From a virus: a stretch of DNA of 64,000 nt. Shown here piece by piece: positions 47,232-55,042 of this stretch. The position numbers and the translations under genes are program-made. Below the pieces are notes generated by a model. It saw nothing but the letters and a program-made list of their open reading frames with translations. It was not told the DNA's origin and did not search any database. The first letter of the stretch is position 1; each line of letters opens with the position of its first letter. Location of the stretch: the IMG/VR virus record IMGVR_UViG_3300021405_000007, positions 1 through 64,000 of that record, one strand, 5' to 3'.

Positions 47232-49943
47232 ATGTCAAAACCTTTTGATATTAATGAAGAAATTGATCAACTATCTGAAAAAATGGTTAAAGCTCAAAAA
47301 ATCACCTTTTTTGAGTTAGCTTCTGAATTAGGCCTGGAAGGTCTAAAAAAAGCAAGCTCTAAAATGTCAGAAGCACAACTCACTGCTTTTAAAGAAGAAT
47401 TACAAAAACATATACCAAAAAGTGTAACTAAATCTGATTCTACTCCTGATGGTATGAGTGAAGAAATGGCTGGAGTTTCAATGGCTCCTAGAGATGAAAA
47501 TGAAACTGAACAAAAAAAAGAAGAACGAGAAAAAGCCGCTAAAAGAGTCGAAGATGCCGAAGGTTTGAATAAAGATGAAAATGCTTTAGGAGAAATGCTA
47601 ATGGCCTCTGAAAAAGCTCCAATGAAAAAGTCTGAAGGTGCTAGAGGGGGACATGTGATAGGTCATACCAAGAGTGGTAAGCCTATATATGCTTCTGGTG
47701 ATGGCCAATCTTATTGGAAAACATTTAACTCAGATGAGCATTTGACAGCTGCTGCAATCCATGCTAAAGAAGCAGATAAATATAAAAAAAATGTTAATGA
47801 AATACGTGCAAAGTATAAAGAAAATGAAGCACCAATGAGTGATCAGGATCAACGTTTGCATAGTTATAATTGGAATAAATGGGATCACCATCACCATGAA
47901 GCTCAACAACATCAAGAAATAGGTCGGGTTTTAAGGGACAGAGAGGAGCGTAAGAAAAAAACTCTAGAAAAATCTAAAGGTGCTAGAGGAGGCCACGTAA
48001 TAGGGTACACCCAATCAGGCAAACCAATCTATGAAGCAGCTAATCACTCCAGCCATAAAGATTTTTCCAAAAAAGATCATGCTGATGCACTTCAAGCCCA
48101 CAAAGAATTAACTCCTACAGCCGGTAATCTTAAAGCTTTGATGGAAGCGAAATACCATGCTGAGCAACAAAAAACTCATTTAAATGCTATGGAAAACAAT
48201 AAAATGAAAAAAAGTGTAGTAGAAAAATCAATTATAAACAATACCATGAGTCTTGAGCCTTTTATCGAAACTGATAGAGGCGGTAAATTTGAAATGAATA
48301 TGGACGATATGAACCGTCAAGCATTGCTTGATGAACTTATTGCTATGGATGCAATGGCTTCAGAAGAGATGAGAGACGTACTGCACCAAGGCGGCCCCGA
48401 AATGTCAGAATCTTGGACTGGACAAACAATAGACGATCCACAACCCCATATGGACTATGAGTTGGGTGCGGAAGATCTTAAAACTCCAAAATCTGAAAAC
48501 AAAAATGATCAAATTGCTGATAAGATTATAGAATTAAACAAATTAGGCGAAATGTCTCACGAGGAAAGAATGGAAATGCGCGAAAAAATAATGATGATTC
48601 TTGAGGCTTTAATGGAGCGTCAACTAGAAAAAGCTGTTATTTCTAAAGCTCTTGACACTTTATCTGTGAAATTGAATCTACCAAATGGTAAATTGCATAC
48701 TCTTTACGACAAAGTAGTTGAATTGAAAAAGTCTGAAGGCGCCAGAGGTGGGAAAATTATAGGCCATACTAAATCGGGTAAACCTATTTACGAACATGCC
48801 GAACATAAAGGGCATGAAGGCTTTCATTATGAAGATCATTTCGATGCTATGAAAGTTCATCATAAATTGGCGCATTCCCATGAAGATAAAGCTAAAGGCA
48901 TGATTGCCGCTGATGGAATGAAAGACTTTAAAGAGCTGAAAGGTCACGCTGAAGGCATAAAACACCACCTCAATGAGGCTTCCAAACATGAAAAAATGTT
49001 CCGTAAAATGACGCCAGGCATTAAAAAAGCCCTAGATCCTTTTTATGATAACATCGAAACTAACGAAGATTTCTATAAATCTGATGCTTTAAATCCTTTC
49101 GAATATAGAAAGATTGGACAAAACTACCATGCAGATGTCGACGCTTATATTGAAGCAGAAGAAAAAGCAACAAAAGAAAATCTAGATAAATCAACTTTCT
49201 TTTACCCAGACCAAAAAGCTTTGACCAAGTCATCAGGCATCCAAGAGTTGATCGAAAAGGGCGCTCACATGGACGAGCTGGAGCTTGAAACTGCTTTAAT
49301 TAATAAAGGTATTTCTGCTACCTATCGTGGAGTTAACATAGTAAAATCATTCACAGACTCTTCTATGGAAGACCTTTTTGTACAACGAGATACTTGGGGT
49401 CAACCAATTAAAAAGTCATACGATGATATTCATCGCGAAGGTAGCGGTTCTGCAGAAGACCATGATGACGTAATGCATCAAGATGCCGGCGAAGCAATGG
49501 AAGAATCCGGAGAGCCGATCCGTAAAGATGAGTCAGAAGAGTCTGATGAAGAAAAGAAAAAAAGAGAAGAAGCTAAAGAAAAACTCATGGAGATGGAAGA
49601 ACGCGAACATGCAACCAAAGATCCAGAAGAGTTGATTGAAGCTGAAAAAGAAGAGCATATGGAAAAAGCTGAAGATGACCACAAAGAAAGCGACAATTGT
49701 GAAGATGTTGACTTGGAAAAATGTGGTGGCTATGATATGCTTTCTAAAGAGTTAGATGATATGAAAGAAGATGCTAAAGATGAAGAGATTGAAAAAGCCT
49801 ATATCGGCTTTAAAAAACTTGAAAGCAAAATAGCTCATCGTGGTGGAGTTAAAAACCCAGCTGCAGTCGCCGCTTCGATAGGTAGAAAAAAGTATGGAAA
49901 ACAAGGATTTGCAAAATTAAGTGCTGCAGGACGTCGTAAGTAG
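47232..49943 (+). CDS. putative internal head polyprotein with three His-rich repeat modules
   Basis: 3x KS.GARGG..IG.T.SGKPIY; about 20 [LIMVF]xK[SAGD] sites. Confidence 0.65.
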   Translation: MSKPFDINEEIDQLSEKMVKAQKITFFELASELGLEGLKKASSKMSEAQLTAFKEELQKHIPKSVTKSDSTPDGMSEEMAGVSMAPRDENETEQKKEEREKAAKRVEDAEGLNKDENALGEMLMASEKAPMKKSEGARGGHVIGHTKSGKPIYASGDGQSYWKTFNSDEHLTAAAIHAKEADKYKKNVNEIRAKYKENEAPMSDQDQRLHSYNWNKWDHHHHEAQQHQEIGRVLRDREERKKKTLEKSKGARGGHVIGYTQSGKPIYEAANHSSHKDFSKKDHADALQAHKELTPTAGNLKALMEAKYHAEQQKTHLNAMENNKMKKSVVEKSIINNTMSLEPFIETDRGGKFEMNMDDMNRQALLDELIAMDAMASEEMRDVLHQGGPEMSESWTGQTIDDPQPHMDYELGAEDLKTPKSENKNDQIADKIIELNKLGEMSHEERMEMREKIMMILEALMERQLEKAVISKALDTLSVKLNLPNGKLHTLYDKVVELKKSEGARGGKIIGHTKSGKPIYEHAEHKGHEGFHYEDHFDAMKVHHKLAHSHEDKAKGMIAADGMKDFKELKGHAEGIKHHLNEASKHEKMFRKMTPGIKKALDPFYDNIETNEDFYKSDALNPFEYRKIGQNYHADVDAYIEAEEKATKENLDKSTFFYPDQKALTKSSGIQELIEKGAHMDELELETALINKGISATYRGVNIVKSFTDSSMEDLFVQRDTWGQPIKKSYDDIHREGSGSAEDHDDVMHQDAGEAMEESGEPIRKDESEESDEEKKKREEAKEKLMEMEEREHATKDPEELIEAEKEEHMEKAEDDHKESDNCEDVDLEKCGGYDMLSKELDDMKEDAKDEEIEKAYIGFKKLESKIAHRGGVKNPAAVAASIGRKKYGKQGFAKLSAAGRRK

Positions 49944-50346
49944 TAAATGGAGTTTGGATGTGGATAGCAACAATAAATCTATTGATTTTTGGGTTCAATT
50001 TGGAATTGATGTTCCTTTGGATGAAATTTTCCAAAAAGCGACGCTCACGACGCCCAAAGCTCCACGCCTCCCTCACCCCGGGGAAGGCGCAAAAGCCAAA
50101 CAACCAGAAAGCTATAAACCACCTAAAGGTACTATAACTAAACCTGAATCTTTGCAACCACACTATTCTGATAAGCCTAATATGAGTAAATTCAAAAAGA
50201 TTTTGAGTCACCCAGAATTAGGTCCAAAACTTCAAGGACGTATTGGATATCATCCTAAAACCGATACTATTCACGTATTGCATCCCTCAGCACATAAAAT
50301 AATCAGTGAGCATGTTTCACAACAGAAAGAGATGGCTCATGGTTAG
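49921..50346 (+). CDS. hypothetical basic His/Pro-rich protein
   Basis: ORF; start uncertain. Confidence 0.5.
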   Translation: MLQDVVSSKWSLDVDSNNKSIDFWVQFGIDVPLDEIFQKATLTTPKAPRLPHPGEGAKAKQPESYKPPKGTITKPESLQPHYSDKPNMSKFKKILSHPELGPKLQGRIGYHPKTDTIHVLHPSAHKIISEHVSQQKEMAHG

Positions 50347-50378
50347 TTCTTTTTCCACTAGAGTTTCGGAAAAATATT

Positions 50379-51185
50379 ATGACGTCCATTAAAAAGGGTT
50401 GGAATGTAGAAGTAGCTAAACCTACAAAACGTCAATCCACTCTCCCTAAAGTAAATTTAAAAAAAGAACAATTTGACCAACTTATACTTGACCAAGGTGT
50501 AAATGTAAGAGTCTTTAGAACAGTTCCATGCCCTAATGTTAAGTCTATTGAAGCTGGGGAGCATGAGATTGATTGTCCACTTTGCCGTGGTTCTCAATTC
50601 GTGGATCGATACCCATTAGAAACTAGAGTTGTGATTCAATCCGTACAAACAGAAGTAGCTCACTTAGTTGAAGGTCTTTACGACGGTAATACGGTCACTA
50701 TTACCCTCCCAAGCGGTGTAGAATGCCAATATTACACCATGATTGAATTAGTTAACTATACCGAAATTTATATTGAACGTGTGTCCCGGCAATTAGGACA
50801 AGTAGATGTTCTAAAATTCCCAGCTACTAGGGTCAATTTGTTAATTGATCAACACGGCAAGGAATACCTTGAAGGTGCAGACTTTAGCGTAGATCTTAAC
50901 AGCAATATAAAATGGGGAACTAATAGAGGCCCGGTAGAAGGCACTATTTACTCAATTCATTATGAAACCAAAGTACGGTACCGTACTGTACGGGCACTGC
51001 ACACCAATCGTTATGGCAATATAACCGAAAACGGTGTGGATGATATGACTAAGATGGCGGAATCATGGTTAGGCTTCAAAATTTTCTTAGTTGACAGAAA
51101 AGATCAACTGGGCAATCTAGTTAGGAGTAATAAACTCCCACTTCATGAGATTTCTGATGATTCCGATTATTACACTACAACTTAA
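50379..51185 (+). CDS. head closure/neck protein
   Basis: F..LI...G, CP....CPLCRG, SIHY. Confidence 0.7.
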   Translation: MTSIKKGWNVEVAKPTKRQSTLPKVNLKKEQFDQLILDQGVNVRVFRTVPCPNVKSIEAGEHEIDCPLCRGSQFVDRYPLETRVVIQSVQTEVAHLVEGLYDGNTVTITLPSGVECQYYTMIELVNYTEIYIERVSRQLGQVDVLKFPATRVNLLIDQHGKEYLEGADFSVDLNSNIKWGTNRGPVEGTIYSIHYETKVRYRTVRALHTNRYGNITENGVDDMTKMAESWLGFKIFLVDRKDQLGNLVRSNKLPLHEISDDSDYYTTT

Positions 51186-51355
51186 ATAGTGGATTCTAAG
51201 TCTTCTACTTCTAATATTTCAAAAGATCCGACTGCATAACCCTCGATTACTAGGTGCCTAGCCTCTTTATCTACTTCTCTTCTTGTTGAGAAGATTCCTG
51301 AGTGGATCGCATCTTCCATGGATTCATCCTTGAATTTAATTACGTATTTTTTCAT
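51182..51355 (-). CDS. small hypothetical protein (57 aa, not in ORF track)
   Basis: SD AAGGAG; MKKYVIKFKDESMEDAIHSG... Confidence 0.65.
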   Translation of the reverse strand: MKKYVIKFKDESMEDAIHSGIFSTRREVDKEARHLVIEGYAVGSFEILEVEDLESTI

Positions 51356-51419
51356 AGTTTTTTACTCCTTTAATTTTTTAGAAGTCAAAGCCGTCATTAT
51401 CTAGCTCTTCGTCATCTTC

Positions 51420-51587
51420 CTAATAATTTTCAGTTTCTAGAAAGTCTTCATCATCAAAGTCTTCTTCTAATAGATCATCTGATTCTTTATCTTCGTGAAA
51501 TCCACCATCTTCGTATTCTTTTTCTAAGTTTCCAAAGGCTAACTCATTCATTTCTTTACTTAATTTTATCATTTCTTCTATTCTCAT
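51420..51587 (-). CDS. small highly acidic protein (55 aa, not in ORF track)
   Basis: SD AAGGAG; MRIEEMIKLSKEMNELAFGNLEKEYEDGGFHEDKESDDLLEEDFDDEDFLETENY. Confidence 0.7.
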   Translation of the reverse strand: MRIEEMIKLSKEMNELAFGNLEKEYEDGGFHEDKESDDLLEEDFDDEDFLETENY

Positions 51588-51624
51588 GATCGTTACTCCT
51601 TTATGGTTACTTTTTACAATACAC

Positions 51625-51651
51625 TCTTCGGTAGATTTTTAAAAAACTTTA
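51625..51651 (-). promoter_or_regulatory. sigma-28-type promoter
   Basis: TAAAGTTT-N11-ACCGAAGA on the minus strand, upstream of the acidic ORF. Confidence 0.7.
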
Positions 51652-51659
51652 GAAAAAAG

Positions 51660-51688
51660 TTGCATCTTTTGACAATAATCAGTAAACT
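51660..51688 (+). promoter_or_regulatory. sigma-70-type promoter for the sigma factor gene
   Basis: TTGCAT-N17-TAAACT. Confidence 0.5.
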
Positions 51689-51785
51689 ATAATTAACTCA
51701 TTGAGGGTAGTATAGCTAACTCTTCAAGATTCTTACCAAATTTGGTAAAATAATTAAAAAATTTTTATTAAATTTGGATTCAATC

Positions 51786-52976
51786 ATGCAAGATGACTTA
51801 GATATCGTCAACGAGAATGATATTCTTGTTATAGAGACGATAGTTTACAATGACAACTCTTCTTACGCTGAAGACAATTCTTCACCTTCCCTTAAAACCT
51901 ATATAAGACAACTATCTAAATTTCCACTTCTTACCCGAGAACAAGAACTTTCGCTCACGAGAAACCTCAAAAAGAACCGTGAGATCCTTTATTCAGCCTT
52001 TATGAAAACCCCAGAATGTCGTCTAGAACTTATGCAAATGCTCAACGCTAAGGTAGGTAGAGCTCGTAGAATGTTTGATCATATAGCAGAAGCTACCGAT
52101 GACGATGAGAAGGTTCTGAATCTTCAAGAAGAGCTAGCCAATGCCATAAAAGATAATAACTTCTCCAAGAAAAATCACAAGAATTTTCAGAACTTAGTTA
52201 TCCCTTTTAATGATTTTTATAGACTAGTTAATATTCTAAAAGCAAAAGAACTCACTCCTGAAGTCTCTAAAGCCCTCAATGAATACAACCAAATGAAGAA
52301 AAGGTTGTCAGAGTGTAATCTTCGTTTAGTCTTCGCTAGGGCTAAGAGATTTATGAATAGAGGCATGTCTTTAGAGGATCTTATCCAAGAGGGTAACGTG
52401 GGATTACTTAAGGCAATTGAGAAGTATAATCCAGAAAAAGGAAACAAATTCAGCACTTATGCTACTTGGTGGATTGATCAAGCTTTTGGCCGCGCTTTAG
52501 TGGACAAAAGTAAACTTGTACGTATCCCTGTACATATGGTTGATTCCATCAATAAAGTCAATAAAGCTTTTCAGACTCTTTCTGAGACTCTGACACATGA
52601 ACCTAGCAATGAAGAAATAGCAAAACTTACGGGACTAACTCTAGAGAAAGTTCGAAAAGTCAGAAACTCCATTATTCTAAAAGCTAAGTACCTTCAAGAA
52701 TTTCAAAATGATAAAGCTCTTCCTAAAATTATGGATTTTCCCGACGAGTCTAAAAATCCCGAAGAGCAACTCGAAGAGAAAGAATTAAGTGTTAAAGTAC
52801 GGGAATTTTTAGCAACTCTTTCGCCGCAAGAAGAAAAGATTTTAAGACTCAGGTTCGGAATTGGTGAAGCGAGAAGCTATGAAGTACAAGAAATAGCGAA
52901 CACTGTAAAATTAACACGTCAAAGAGTTTCTCAAATTCTCAATAAGACTAAGAAATTATGGGAATTTAAGGTATAA
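51786..52976 (+). CDS. RpoD-like sigma-70 family sigma factor
   Basis: region 1.2 (Y.RQ....PLLTREQE), NLRLV..AK, DLIQEGNVGLLKAIEKY, KFSTYATWWI, RIPVHM, LRFG, TRQRVSQI. Confidence 0.95.
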   Translation: MQDDLDIVNENDILVIETIVYNDNSSYAEDNSSPSLKTYIRQLSKFPLLTREQELSLTRNLKKNREILYSAFMKTPECRLELMQMLNAKVGRARRMFDHIAEATDDDEKVLNLQEELANAIKDNNFSKKNHKNFQNLVIPFNDFYRLVNILKAKELTPEVSKALNEYNQMKKRLSECNLRLVFARAKRFMNRGMSLEDLIQEGNVGLLKAIEKYNPEKGNKFSTYATWWIDQAFGRALVDKSKLVRIPVHMVDSINKVNKAFQTLSETLTHEPSNEEIAKLTGLTLEKVRKVRNSIILKAKYLQEFQNDKALPKIMDFPDESKNPEEQLEEKELSVKVREFLATLSPQEEKILRLRFGIGEARSYEVQEIANTVKLTRQRVSQILNKTKKLWEFKV

Positions 52977-52982
52977 TTTAGA

Positions 52983-53747
52983 ATGGCCTCGAATGAAATT
53001 ACATTCAAAATTAGTGATGAAATCAAGAAGTTAGGTCAAGACTTAGAAGCCTTAGCACCTAGAATTCGTGATGAGCTAAATGGCATTGTTGGAGATTTAG
53101 CAAAAGCTACCTACAATCAAATAGTGGCAAAAGCTCAAATGGAGCTTCATAGCACCAGATTAGACTACCTTAGAGGTTTACAATTTCAACAAGTTGGCCC
53201 TAATGACTATATGATAAGTTTGGATGGTTTTTTTGCTAATTCATTAGAAGATGGTCGGCCACCTTATTCTTTGAATGAGGCGCTGCTCAAGTCAGCCAAA
53301 GAGGTAAGCACGGGTAGTAGAGCGGGTGAACCTTGGGTTCGAAAGAACAAACAAGGGAAGCGTTATGCGGCTGTACCATTTGAACAGTCTCAAATGAGAG
53401 TAGAAATGGGTTTGCCTACTTTGAGAGTTACAAACCCTTTTACCGATAAAAAACAAAAGATAAATCAACTATTTAAAGATTTTGATAAAAATATAATTCA
53501 AGGAAAAGTAGGTAGTTTTAACATCCCTAGTGCACCTAACGAACTGCAAGGATTGACTAAATACCAACACACAAATAAAGAAACCGGCAAAACTAGAAGT
53601 ACTTACGTGACTTTTAGAATGATCAGTGAAAATGGTAAACAATGGACTCACCCCGGTTTTTCTGGACTTCATGCTTTCGAAGAAGCCATGAAAATGGTAG
53701 ACGTCCAATTTGAAAAAATGCTAAATGAATTATTTGATAAAATATAA
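52983..53747 (+). CDS. neck/tail completion protein
   Basis: L.STR..Y, LE.G, Y.TFR.IS....W.HPG. Confidence 0.7.
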   Translation: MASNEITFKISDEIKKLGQDLEALAPRIRDELNGIVGDLAKATYNQIVAKAQMELHSTRLDYLRGLQFQQVGPNDYMISLDGFFANSLEDGRPPYSLNEALLKSAKEVSTGSRAGEPWVRKNKQGKRYAAVPFEQSQMRVEMGLPTLRVTNPFTDKKQKINQLFKDFDKNIIQGKVGSFNIPSAPNELQGLTKYQHTNKETGKTRSTYVTFRMISENGKQWTHPGFSGLHAFEEAMKMVDVQFEKMLNELFDKI

Positions 53748-53756
53748 GGTATTGAT

Positions 53757-54710
53757 ATGGCAATGATAATTCCAGAAATTATTTTACAAAGTATTATCGA
53801 TGATGGTTTTACTGATATCAGAAATAACCCTGATACTTTTAGTGATGTTTTCGGTAGTTTAACTCGCGGTTTTGCAACAAGAAGATATGGTAATTCTGAA
53901 ATTGCAAAAATTACCAAAATGGTACAAAATACTCAAATTCCAGTAGTTTTTAGCTACGGAATAGTTGAAGCGAATATCCCCTGTATAAGTATCCTTATTA
54001 ATTCAGATTTAGAAGATACTAATCGGTCTGGTATGTCTGACCATCTTGGATTCGCTGATATACCTTTTATAGACCCTTCTCAGTTAGCTGCTTTAGTCTA
54101 TGCTGGCCCTTTTCAACCCACTTCCTATAATCCTTTATCCGGTCAAATTGTCATCCCAGACTCAGTAGATTTATCTCAGGTTTATGCCAACCTTTTGTTC
54201 GTAGATAGCACCGGTACCGAATTCCCAATCTTAGGAGGTATTTCTGACACTGTTGGGAGTAAGCAGATCGTAATAGCCAAACAAGCTACTGTTAGCCTTA
54301 ATCCCGGAGCGGTCATAAAATCTTCAATAGACTTTAGTCGAGTTGAAGTTAAAGCCAACACTGAGAATGTTTCTCTAATGGTGGGAGTGCACAGCAAAGA
54401 CCCTTTAACCACTAAGTGGTTGTATACACTAGTAAAATACTTTCTTCTTTCTAGAAAAGAATCTTTAATTAAACGTGATTTCAATTTAGCTACTTATTCA
54501 GGTTCAGATTTTGCTAGGGACATGAATTACTCTGGAGATGCCGTTTTTACAAGATTTTTAACTGTTTCCGGCGTCATTCAGAATCAATGGAATTCTGAAA
54601 ACATCGATCTATTTGATAATGTTGAGATTAATCTACAAATTCCAAAAGATGTTTATGATAGCCAACAATTAGGAATAGAAGCCGACGAAACTATAAAAAC
54701 AATTCTATAA
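53757..54710 (+). CDS. putative tail terminator/completion protein
   Basis: position before the sheath; LY..VKY.LL, FTR.L.V. Confidence 0.55.
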   Translation: MAMIIPEIILQSIIDDGFTDIRNNPDTFSDVFGSLTRGFATRRYGNSEIAKITKMVQNTQIPVVFSYGIVEANIPCISILINSDLEDTNRSGMSDHLGFADIPFIDPSQLAALVYAGPFQPTSYNPLSGQIVIPDSVDLSQVYANLLFVDSTGTEFPILGGISDTVGSKQIVIAKQATVSLNPGAVIKSSIDFSRVEVKANTENVSLMVGVHSKDPLTTKWLYTLVKYFLLSRKESLIKRDFNLATYSGSDFARDMNYSGDAVFTRFLTVSGVIQNQWNSENIDLFDNVEINLQIPKDVYDSQQLGIEADETIKTIL

Positions 54711-54779
54711 GACACGGGCATGATATAATTATTATGTTCTTGTCCCATATTATGTTAATAAATCCAAGAGATTGAATTA

Positions 54780-55025
54780 ATGGGAAAGAAATTGAAAAAA
54801 ATAAATCTAGATTCAAATGTTCTGGAATCTGAAGCGGTTGAGATTGTTCCTCAAATGATCAAAGTCTCTCCAATGATGACTTTTGAAGCTTGGTTCCAGA
54901 AAAAGGTTAAAGAAGGCAAACTTCAGGAATGGCAAACAAAAGCTGTGAGCATTTTCTTTAAGAAGCGAGGCTTAAAGGAAATAGAGTCTGAAGATCAATT
55001 CGATGAAATTTTCAAAATTTTTTAG
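54780..55025 (+). CDS. small hypothetical protein
   Basis: 81 aa ORF immediately upstream of the sheath. Confidence 0.55.
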   Translation: MGKKLKKINLDSNVLESEAVEIVPQMIKVSPMMTFEAWFQKKVKEGKLQEWQTKAVSIFFKKRGLKEIESEDQFDEIFKIF

Positions 55026-55042
55026 ATTAAGGTATCAACAAA

